Shown one piece after another: positions 1 to 10,531 of a stretch of 64,000 bases of DNA; position 1 is the first letter of the stretch; each line of letters begins with the position of its first letter. Origin of the DNA: Sphaerodactylus townsendi (lineage: Eukaryota). The stretch spans positions 37,448,001-37,512,000 of the forward strand of contig NC_059430.1 of NCBI RefSeq assembly GCF_021028975.2, written 5' to 3'. Both the position numbers and the translations under genes were made by a program. Below the pieces are notes generated by a model. It had not been told where the DNA came from. It searched no databases and was given only the letters and a program-made list of their open reading frames with translations.

Positions 1-107
1 GACATCTGCCTATGGCAGCAATCGAATGATTACTTTCAAGAAAAACATGCATTTCTTTATTTATATCACACTTTCTCCCCAGTGGAGACCCAAAGCAAAC
101 TTACATT

Positions 108-205
108 GGGGTGCTGTGTGGTTTCTGGGCTGTATGGCCGTGTTCTAGCAGCCTTCTCTCCTGACATTTCGCCTGCATCTGTGGCTGGCATCTTCAGAGG
201 ATCTG
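108..205 (-). mobile_element. Penelope-like element 3' end (hammerhead-bearing), inserted in an older SINE
   Basis: Reverse complement of the terminal sequence at 36572-36669; flanked by aacttaca(t/c)t direct repeats. Confidence 0.75.
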
Positions 206-1235
206 AACTTACACTGTTTTCCTCTGAACCTCTTTAGCCTCACAACAACTTTATGATGTCAGTTAGACTTAAAGGATGTGATTGGCCCAAGGTCATCTAG
301 TGACCTTCCATGGCAGAGTAGGAATTCAAACCTGGGTCTCCCAGATCATAGTCTGACATTCTAATCACCACACCATGCTGGTAGATTCATAAGTGGTGGA
401 CCAAAACACTATTTTCCCCTTAGCCAACATCACAGTTTCTTGGCAAGCCCAAAAGTCACTCCATGTCCCCTTTTCTCTTCTGAAATGATAACTATAGGGC
501 TAGCCACCATAGCTCTGATGGCCACATTTAGCCTCCAGCTGCTGATCCCTCATTTGTGGAAGGTTACAAAGATAATTCTCCTCGCATCCCAGAGATCACA
601 GGTTTCTTGGACCTCTGTGGCACAGAAGATCCAGGCCTCTTTGCAAGTAAACACTTTGTTACCTTACTACGCAAGGTTTTGCCTACAAACAGTTGCACAT
701 ATTCCTATTCCCCCAAGATAATCAATGCAGAAAAAACCTGAACCAAACACAAGATCACAAGCACAAAGGTCATCACGCCAGATTGATCTGAGAAAAGGCA
801 ACACAGTCCTACATCTGCCATTGATCAACCCCGCTGACTGCATCTGCTTTGTTAAATGTTCTGGATCAGGGAAGTGTTTTACATCTCTGAAACAGCGATC
901 TGACCAAGAAAGCTAAAGATGCCATCTTTCATTTGGCAAGTGGCAAATCTACACTCGCCTCCACCTTGTCCCTGACTCTGCTATCAACAGCTACGCTGGA
1001 AGATGCAAGACAGAAATAATAAACTATCTAGGCTAGATTTTCTCTTGCTGAAAATTGGCCCATGTCATGCTACTAAAAGCCCCTTTCCCCAGCTTTCCCG
1101 CCCTTGACACAAGCCACAGTTCCTTCTCACACTTGCCCAACCCCTCTGAACTCAATTGATGGGGCAGCAGAGTCCAGAAGTTCTTGTAAGAAAGAATTCC
1201 CTCTTTCCTCTGACCTGAAAATGAATGGTACATAC

Positions 1236-1270
1236 CCGTCTCCTACCACCACACATTTGATGGCTTGCAT
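1236..1270 (-). CDS. RAC2: RAC2 (Rac family small GTPase 2), coding exon 1; the rest of the gene lies left of the window
   Basis: The minus strand reads ATG CAA GCC ATC AAA TGT GTG GTG GTA GGA GAC GG|gtatgt = MQAIKCVVVGDG, the 35-nt first coding exon of Rac genes, with a GT donor. This peptide is shared by RAC1/2/3; RAC2 is assigned from head-to-head synteny with CYTH4. Confidence 0.9.
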
Positions 1271-1520
1271 CTCTGCAGCCTGGCAGGGCTTAGGGGGTCC
1301 GGTAACTCTCCGGGGGAAAAAATGACGGCTCACGAAAGCGGATGGTGGAAAGTGCAGTACAGTTATGTCAAAACTGAAGCTGAATTGAACAGCAGGTTGT
1401 GGGCTGGGAGGAAAGGGAAGAGAGCATGTTTCTCAACTTGTTCTACCAGTCCCTTCCCCCACCAGCAGGCAGCCCTGCCTGTTTGCTGGGGGGAGGGACA
1501 TGCAAGTGTGTGGTTTGAGA
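1271..1520 (-). promoter_or_regulatory. Putative RAC2 5'UTR/proximal promoter
   Basis: Lies immediately upstream of the RAC2 ATG; purine-rich GGAA ETS cores (gggaggaaagggaag near 1406-1420). TSS not determinable. Confidence 0.4.
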
Positions 1521-2329
1521 GATATTTCTATCTTTGCATGCCCCAGATGGCTAAGCATTTCCTTTCATCACATTCTGTGACTCCAAGGGTTTGGGCAGTT
1601 AGGAAAGACGTTGCTATGCAGCTTCTAGCTAGGAAGCGCCATAAAAGGGGAGCAGATGGGAGGGGGAGAGGATGCAGAAGGAAAAGCATTTCCTCTTTCC
1701 CAGTGCTCCAACTCAGGGGCAAGAAAAACTCATGGGCAAATGGCTTTGGCTTTGTATCCTGTGTGATGCCATGCTGAAGATTTACAAACGCAGAGCAAGG
1801 ATTCCCCATGTACACGAGATCAAAAAGAAGTGAATGTAAGCCATCCTATAACCCTATTCTTAACTAAAAGAATAATCTTCCCTTTCCACTTGAACAATTT
1901 GTGGAACCCACCCATACTTCCACACACTTACCTGTATCAATAACCAATGTGACCTTCTCCCTCTTGGTCAGGACCTTTTATGCCCCTTAACTCTGTCCTC
2001 CAACTTCTCAAATAGCTTTGATCATTATAAGGAAATCTGCAGGCAAAAAACCCACAACACACCAAAACTGAATCATTAAAAACCCACCACAAATCCTCCA
2101 AATCATTAACAATCACCACAAATCATTAAAAACCCACCACAAATCTTACTGTCACACACTGTGTTTGGGCTTCCTTCAATTAACATGTTCCATAATAAAA
2201 CACCTCTTGTTACAACCACGACAAACCATACAACTCATCCCTTTATCATTTCCTGGCACTTTACCAGGAGGACTGGAATATTTGGCTTTCAGAAGCCATC
2301 AATGAGATCACATGCCAATGCCCCCTGAT

Positions 2330-4680
2330 TCTCACTCCAAATTGGCTACGTGGTACACCACGGAGCTAAGAAGGAAGAAATAAGAACCAAGACCGCCAGA
2401 GTGAATGTGGCAGAAGTCTCATGATGAAGCAGTAAGAATATTTTATATGACGCTTATGCAAGCCTATGAGAGGATGGTGAAGGCCACAAAGAGAGAATAC
2501 TTCTCGGCTAATATCACAGCTGCAAGCTCATGTCCAGCCTATTTATTTATGGTCTTATTTATTTATGGCCTTAACTGAGAGGCCCCCAAATAAGAATGAT
2601 TTGGTTTTGAGCTGTGACTATTTTGTGAACTTTTTTGCAGATAAAACCTTTAACCTTTTCCATGACATTTCTGCCGATTTGGAAGGAGGAAGTGAGCTAG
2701 AGGCCCCTTGACTGTCTTTGGGTCCCTTGCTGGAGAAATTCAGTCAGCTCTCCCAGGACAATGTGGACAGAGTCCTGTGCTCTGTGAGGGCCACCACATT
2801 CCTCTTGGACCCATGTCCATCCTGGTTGGTGAAGGCCAGCAGGGATACGACATGGGCCTCTTTGGGGAATGTTATAAATATATCCCTGAATTCAGAGATA
2901 GACCCTGAGGGGTTAAAAAAAACCTTGTGGTGAGACTGCTCTTTAAAAAGCCATCTTTGGATCCTCGTGAGCCATCCAATTACTGCCCAGTATCTATTCT
3001 TCCTTCTCTGGGCAAAGTAATTGAGAGAGTGGCCACTGAGCAGCTCCAGCTCTTCCTGGATAAAATGTCAGCTTTAGATTCCTTCCAGTCCAACTTCTGT
3101 GCTGGCCATGGGGTGGATACAGCTCTGACCACCTCCAAAGACACCTAGACTGGGGTATGTCAGTGCTGTTATAAAGCGCACCAGGACTGCCATTGCGGCA
3201 GGGGAGGAAGGAGCGATCGGCTCACCACCCTGTCGTCAGATCGACGGGTCACATGACGGGGGTGGGAACCGTCACATGATGAGGGAGCGGGGCAGGCTAT
3301 TTAAGCCTGTGCCCAGTTCAGCCCAGCCTCCTTACAAGGCTGCCGGCAAGCGGAACCCACCCTCCCCACCCTGAGTTTTGGGCTGTTGTTTTGTGGTAGG
3401 TTGTTTATGTCAGACATTTGTCACAGTCTGGGCGGATTCAGGGCATAGGGGCACATCCTTTGGGGGAGGCAGGCTTGCATGCCAGACCTCCCTAGGCGGG
3501 GGCCTCAATAAGAGGTCTGGGGGTAGGGTTGGGCTTGAGGATGCAGGCCTGGAAGCCCTGTTTCAAGCTCGCTACCCCTGGTAGGAGGGGGTGTCACAAA
3601 TGGGTAGGCGCCCAAGTGACATCTAGTAACCTTCTGTCCTGGTCCCCATTGGGGGACGGTGCCGGGTTCAGCGGTGCGCTGCCCGAAGGGCCAGGGGTCA
3701 GCTGTGGAGCTGACAGTGACCAGGTTCAGCGGTTCGCTGCCTGGTGGCCAGGATGTGCCCCGATATGCCAGCTCAGCTTCCAAAAGAGTTATGCGTTATT
3801 TGTTAATAAACCGGGCTGCGGCCATTTCTTTTCCAACAAATTTAAGTGTGTGTTTGGTTTGTGAGGGAAGTGGAATCCGCGCATCTGCACGCAATACTAT
3901 TACACCTGACAACAGCATTTGACTTGGTTGATTATAATATAATGACCAACTGTCTTGCTGACATTGGAGTTTGTGGGACAGCCTTACAGTGGATGCATTT
4001 ATTGCTCCAGAGTTGGTGACAATCTGTGAGAGAACCGCCATACACAAGGGGTGATTCTCTCACTGATATTGTTTAACATCTATATGTTTCTTCTTGCTGG
4101 GTTGATTTGTAGTTTTGGATTGGGATGTCATCAATATGCTGATGACATGCAATTGTATCTGTTAATGGTTGATCATCCAGATGCCGCCCCTGATGTTTTG
4201 GCCTGTTGCCTGGGAGTTTTAGTGCAATGGATGAAAGAGAGCTGACTGAAATTAAATCCAGCAAAGATGGAGGTCCTGGGGCTGGATCAGGGTGCAGGAA
4301 CGAGGTGGGGAATGCCAGCTGCCAACACTTGATGGTGTGCAGCTAAAGACTGTACCCATTGTCAGGATCCTAGGTGCATTCCTTGATGCCTCTTTGACAA
4401 TGGAGATTGAAGTGATGCACACGACTCACGTGACATTTTTCATCTTTACCTGGTGAAACAACTGGTCCCCTAGCTGTTCCAATCTGATCTAGCCTCAGTG
4501 ACCCGTGCAACAGTCACCTTTAGATTAGACTACTGCAATTCACAACTGGTCCAAAAGGCATCAACAAGAGTCCTTAGAGGACCTCGTGAAGAGAATGCAT
4601 TTAACCAGTGCTCTGCCAGCTGCACTGGCTCTGTGTGGAGTATCAGATCAGGTTTAAGGATTTGCTATTAACTTATAAGC
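2330..4680 (+). mobile_element. Decayed L2 LINE ORF2 fragment, split by an insertion at 3174-3893
   Basis: KKPSLDP..NY.PVS.LP.LGKVIER, LFNIYM...HQYADDMQLYL and LDYCNS-type L2 motifs, with frameshifts and stops. Confidence 0.85.
3174..3893 (+). mobile_element. Non-coding retroelement terminal repeat (DIRS/Ngaro-like or solo LTR) inside the L2
   Basis: Interrupts the L2 VLL|ILLDL..AFD motif; contains TATTTAA and AATAAA; relatively CpG-rich; ATA on both sides. Confidence 0.5.
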
Positions 4681-6534
4681 CCTCAGTTGGGGTTTATCAT
4701 GAAGTGCCATCTTAAGAAGAAATGATTAACTAAGTCTTAAATTGTTTTGGGTTTTAATTGTTGTAAGTTGTGTAGTTGGAATTTTACATTTAAGTGGTTC
4801 TGTGGATTGTGGAAATGTTGGCAACTGCTCCGAGCCTATATAGGGAGGAGCAGTATATAAACCTAATAAACATAAATACAAACATTTGTGAATTGACAGC
4901 TTAACACATTAGATAATTAATAATGAGAAATTAGACCAGAAAAAATGGTGCAATGCTTGCAAACGTTTTTGTATTGCTGCCATTATGCAAAGAAGAGAGG
5001 TTTATTTGGGGGGGGGGCGGGCGGGCGGGAAGAGTATATTACTTTTAAATTGTGGTATTTTAATTAAGAGTGTAAACCACCTTGAACCATGTGGAAAGGC
5101 AGCATATAATATTGTAATTAATAAAATAAGTTAAAAATATCTACCCTGGCAAGCACAACTTCCTGATTTCCTCTCTCTATGCTGGGCATACACATACACT
5201 GCTTCTGAAACCCCGGAGATGTAGCAAAATACAATGCTGTATGTCAATAAAATTGACCCATGGGAATCTGTTGCGTTGCCAGCCCTGGACTGGGAAATAC
5301 CTGGATATTTGGGGGTGGGGGGAGTCTGGGGAGAATAGGGTTTGGGGAAGGGAGAGACCTCAGCAGGGTACACTGACACAGAGTAATACTGGGAGATCTC
5401 CAGATCTCACCTGGAGGTTGGTAGCCACAGGAATCTGTCATCACACGGCATCTCATTTAAACTTGGCTGCTACCTGTTCTAAGCGAATTTGTGGCATGCA
5501 AAATAGTCTAGTCCAGTTTAAATGAGACAGTGTATGAGTGCAAAATCCCATGGGTCACCGTGGGACTTTGCTTTGCCAGCACTGTTTTTAAACCAGGCTT
5601 CAGTAATGGGCTCAGGCTGAAGTCGACCACTTCTTTATCTCGGTTAAAAGCAAGTCTGTCTATTTATTTAACAAGGAATGAATTATCCTTGTGATAATTG
5701 CAGCTATCGTCTGATAATTCAAAAAATTGCTCCATTACTCATGACTCAGCTCTGCCAACACTAAATTATTGTATGATTAATTATCATAGTTACCTCTTAT
5801 CATACCAAATAATTATCAGACAATGGAAGTTAATGCAGGGGTTACAGGTCTAGCAGATGATTGGATATAGAACCACGAGGAGGTATGATTTTGCACCTAT
5901 GGAGGGTTGAATGTCCCCAGACACACTGAGGGTGATATGTCTTTCCACAGTATCCTCAACCTTTCAGAATAAGGCACTGTAATCACTATTATTACACTGC
6001 ACAAAAGGTAATTGCTAAATTACAGGTATCATAATGATATCTATCTTCTCTTTGAATACAGACTGTCTTCTGTAGATCTTTCACCTACAGTTTTTCTCTG
6101 AGTTGTTTCTCAAGAGGTACTCCGCATCGACCTCCACTTAGTTATCTTTGTCACATACCATCCTGCTTTAGACCTTCCTCTAGTTCACCTGCTTCAGAAG
6201 AGTTTTTCCTTACCTTGGCACCCAGAGGGCACTAGGGATGTGCCACTGGACATTTAATACATAAGGTTCACCCCATAATACCCGGCTCTTCTTTTCATAA
6301 ACAGTGTAAATGCTCCAACTTGCAACCGAATTACTTTCAGCATTGTGGAATGGTTGGAAACCTTCCCATTTGATCGTATATTCTGGTACCTCACTGTCTG
6401 GTTGCATTTTCTTGGGCTACTGTGGTGGTGGGGACTAAGGAAGAAAATGACACAGCAGATATCCTGCAAAGACCTCTTTACAAAAGCTGATCACTTCAGA
6501 ATGCAATGCTGTTTTATAAGGCCTTCCTTTTACA

Positions 6535-6705
6535 CGGGGGGGGGGGCAAGGGGGGAAAGCGCCTGGTGCACTGGTGTGTCCTCTGCCCTGCCTCGGAACG
6601 CCCCCGTCCCACCACGGAATGCCCCCGGAATGCCCTCACCACACCCCCACAGTGGCATGCACCCGGTGCGTTTTCACCCCCTGTCCCCTTGGAGCTACAC
6701 CTCTG
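6535..6705. mobile_element. hAT-type MITE (same family as 41747 and 53313)
   Basis: 8-bp TSD CTTTTACA; ends ...GCTACACCTCTG. Confidence 0.7.
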
Positions 6706-8309
6706 CTTTTACATGCATTGAGGCAGGATGGTGGGGGGTGGTGGTGGTGAGGCAGAGGATCTACATTAGACTACATTCCTCTCCCCCCCTTCTCTATGAA
6801 TACAAAAACACCTGTTGGAGGGGAAGAGGCAAAGGTTTTGCTTAGTCTTGTTGACAGGGGCTAGTATTGCCAATTCCAGGCTCAAAATTCCTAGAGATTT
6901 GGAAGTGGAACTTAGGGAGCGTCGTGTTTGGGAAGGAACCTGAGTGGGCTATAATGCCATAGAGGCCACCCTTCAAAGTAAACATTTTCTTCAGGGAAGA
7001 ATGAGTAACCCTTGTGAGGCAGGGTTGTGAGGCAGGCCACACTCACTTTGAAATAGCTGCTGGAATTTTGCTAGTCAAGGAAATTCAAGTGGGCGGCTAG
7101 AGAGTCTGCAACAGAATGCTGTCCAAATGGGAAAACAGGAATGCTTTTACATGTTTAAAGCTTTGACTGATAAGAAAGAGGACACTGACATATGGTATAT
7201 TATATTCTACTTTACAGAGTACTGTGAAATGGTTAAATGTGAGAAGCTCTGGAGTACCGGTAAGTACTATTCCAGGTTCAGTCTCTATGTACAATTTGTG
7301 CATTTAATACTTACAAATATATTGCTTACACTGTAGATATTTCAAGCCTGCAAGAAAATGGTGAGGTTAGGCATCCCCTAGAAGCTGAGTAGCTTGATAT
7401 TATTAATTTCAAATCTGCCTTTGACAGGTAGGTGGTGCTTTAGGATAGGGATTACAGGGAAAAGACAGGAATTTCAAAACCCAGAGTTGGCAGCTGTACC
7501 CCTCCACCATCACTGTTTTTCTTGCCAGCCTAGACGCAGCATGTAGGAAGCCTGGAATGCCAGGAAAACCCAAAGAAAGTAAGCAGTATTCCTGACCCAC
7601 CCATGCTGATGCCCTACATGTATACATAGCAGCTTTTTGGGCATATATTGAGTTGAAACTTCCAGGCCTCAGGTCAGTGAAACAAGTCAGTAACTAGAAA
7701 TGTTATAATGAGGGGTTATGAGTACATTGGGTAGGGTAGGTTTGCTGGGCCCCTGAGACTCACTGGGTGGGACCTCATGATAGTGTGTGTGAGTGGGGTT
7801 GCCAGCTGCAGGTTGGGAAATAGCTGGAGATTTTGGGGGGTGAAGTCTGAAGAGGAAGAGGGTTGGGATGAGGAGGGAATTCAATTTTACACAATACTGT
7901 AGAGTCCACCTTCCAAAGCAGCCATTTTCTCCAACAAAACTTCTCCCTTTCACCTGGAGATCAGCTGTAATCCCAGGAGATCTCCAGCTACCTGGGGTGT
8001 ACCTGGAGGTTGGCAGCTCTATGTGTGAGGTTCAGCAATGGGATATGGGGAGGTCACATGAACTAGTGGAGTTAAGTGTAGTATTTACACATGGACTAAG
8101 TACGTACCACGTGGTATCTGTGTGTAATCATGATCATGGTTATGAAAACGAAGAGGTGGGGGAGATGAATCCGTGCCTTACAGAACAAGACTAAGAAGAG
8201 TGACGCCCTTCTAAGCCCACTCACTTCAATGGATGTCACTCTGAGTAGGATGTCACTGCCAATTACTCAAATGGGAGGTTCCTGAGTTATAACCTGCCAC
8301 AACAGCCAG

Positions 8310-8343
<34 letters not shown>
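8310..8343. repeat. (GA)n microsatellite
   Basis: Visible directly. Confidence 0.9.
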
Positions 8344-8542
8344 TTGGCTATTGTCAGACTATCTGGCTATTATTATCCTTTGCTGTGAAATAATTTCTTT
8401 CTGTTTCTGAAGTGAGACGTCATGGAACTTAAACCTTCTGGAGAATTATTTCTCTTTGGTCCGTTAGGGAGATTTTGAAGGAGGCGAGGAGAAGAACTTC
8501 ACAGTGACTCTGTTCTGGTGACTAGGAAGTTCTGCATTTGGT

Positions 8543-8671
8543 CAGTGGTGGGATTCAGCAGGTTCGCAGCACTTTGGCAGAACCGGTTGTTAAAATGGTG
8601 CTTGTAAACCACCAGTTGTTAACTTATTTATCATCAGAACCGGTTGTTAAATTATTTGAATCCCACCACTG
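8543..8671. mobile_element. hAT-type MITE (CAGTGGTGGGATTC TIR family)
   Basis: TIRs CAGTGGTGGGATTCA / TGAATCCCACCACTG; related copies at about 19377-19517 and 52217-52352. Confidence 0.75.
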
Positions 8672-9873
8672 GTTAAAGGCATACATTCTTTCACACTGGC
8701 AAACTACAGCAAAGTGGTTTGCAATTAACGATTAAAACAAGGTATTAGGCTGAGTGAAACTAAACATTTTCTGCTCCTCTTCCCTTCTGTAGCCCCACCT
8801 ACTTGTGGGCCAAATCCTCCCCACAATAGAGGAGATAAGCCCCAAACCAATTTAAATCTCACTTAATTTTCTGACCCGTGTTCTCACTTGTCATATACAA
8901 GCGATGGGAAAAAAAAGAGAGAGGAAAAAAGAGAGAGGAAAGGGGCAAGGAGGAGAAATGCTTTGACACAACAGAAGAGAATTAATTGGATCAGGAGGGG
9001 GTTAATAGACTCAGCTCCGGTCATTTTGGCCTTGCCTTTCCAGAAAATCCAGGCAGTCCTTGTTTGTATGCATTCCCTTGTGTCTCTGCAATGAAAACAG
9101 CTAGACACTTTTTAAAAATAAAAGCCAAGAATTCAAAGAGGGGGAATGACATGTTTTTGGAGGGGCATTTCCCCAATTTGCCCATATAGCTATAAGCTGG
9201 TGTCTCTAGAAATGCCAGTTTCAGAACCTCTGTGACATGATATATATATTCCTGGATGAACACCGATTAAAAAACCTGAGACTGCTAAATCTTTTTTTGG
9301 GGGGGGGGAGGGGGGGGAGGAACAGAATCAGCTTGTTCTCTCTAGGGTTGGTCTGACCTGTATTATGCAAGTAGGGGGTGTACATATTTCCTGCCAGTTG
9401 CTACTTCTGTGTAAACAGGCTTCCTGCTTATCAGGAACTAAATATGCAATAAGTAGAGACCATAAAACTCTTTGAACAGGAGCCAAGGTGAAGCCTCCTT
9501 AGCCAATAATACGTTTTATACATTGAAAGTGCCCAGCATTGTGGGAAGCTTGCTGGCCAGGCCAGGCCCTCCCTGCTCTATGGCACTTTCCCATTTGTAT
9601 AATATTTATCTGACTCGCATATTATTTATTTGCAGTAAGCATGCAACTTATATTAGGCAGTGTCTGCTCAACTAAAAGACATCTTAATCAGATGTTTGGA
9701 TTTTAATCCGTTCATTGGTTAAACTTTGCAAAAATTTATGCTCTGCCATTCTCCTTGCCAAGGAGTCCTTGGCAGTCAAGGCAGATTACAAAAATTAGGA
9801 AAAAAACAATACCATAAAAAAATACACATACGATAAACAATGCAATAACAGGATTGCAAAACTTAGAAAACAA

Positions 9874-10020
9874 TGCAATGCAAAATTATCTATGTTGCCA
9901 GAAAATCTGGAGAAAAATCTCCTGTTCCTTTAATCGAAACTCATTGTGTAGAAATGGACAGGTAGCTCCACGCAACCATGTCATAGAGGGAAATAACATC
10001 ACCTGGTAAATTAACAGCCC
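9874..10020 (+). repeat. Left copy of the 147-bp host duplication flanking the LTR element
   Basis: Matches 13188-13334 with one mismatch seen by eye (catgTcatag vs catgGcatag). Confidence 0.92.
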
Positions 10021-10374
10021 TGTGGAGAAATGGCTCCTTCCCCCGCCCCCTTCCGTTTTCTTTTTCTTTCATAATCTCCTTCTCCAACCAGGTACCAGAG
10101 ATTTGGAGGACTTAGAAATCCCAGAGAAACATCAGGAAATGCTACCTGACCTAGGGGGAAATGATATCTTGACCCAGCCTGATCTGGTCAAAGGAGGGTG
10201 GGGTCTGGGATCTGATAAATTGAGGGGAAGAGAGGGGCGAGGGCTCTTGGCTCAGGTCTCTCTGGAGGGGAGCAGAGCTCTTGCCTGAACTGGGAAGGCG
10301 GCAGCCATTTTCTGGACCATGTGCTCAGCCAGGTAATGTGAGCTCTTAGCCAAAAGCAAGCCCGTTTCGCCACA
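10021..10374 (+). repeat. 5' LTR (354 bp)
   Basis: Starts TGTGGAGAAATGG, ends CCCGTTTCGCCACA; direct repeat of 12840-13185. Confidence 0.93.
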
Positions 10375-10377
10375 ATT

Positions 10378-10395
10378 TGGTGGCAGCGGTGGGAT
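10378..10395 (+). other. Primer binding site complementary to the tRNA-Leu (AAG/UAG) 3' end
   Basis: TGGTGGCAGCGGTGGGAT is the reverse complement of ATCCCACCGCTGCCA-CCA; it lies 3 nt (ATT) after the LTR CA. Confidence 0.85.
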
Positions 10396-10531
10396 GAGAA
10401 CAAACAGAGAACTGGTGATTTAAAACCAAACAGGGAACTTGGAATTGGGCAAACGCACACACAGTGAGAGCAACGGAAGTTTTGTTTTTTTTCCGGGTCA
10501 ACTGGAGTAGGGTCAGAACAGTTTAGCTAGG

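Noticed and set aside
1265-1777. 170-aa plus-strand ORF over the RAC2 promoter
   Set aside because: Non-ATG start, no recognisable homology, antisense to RAC2 exon 1.
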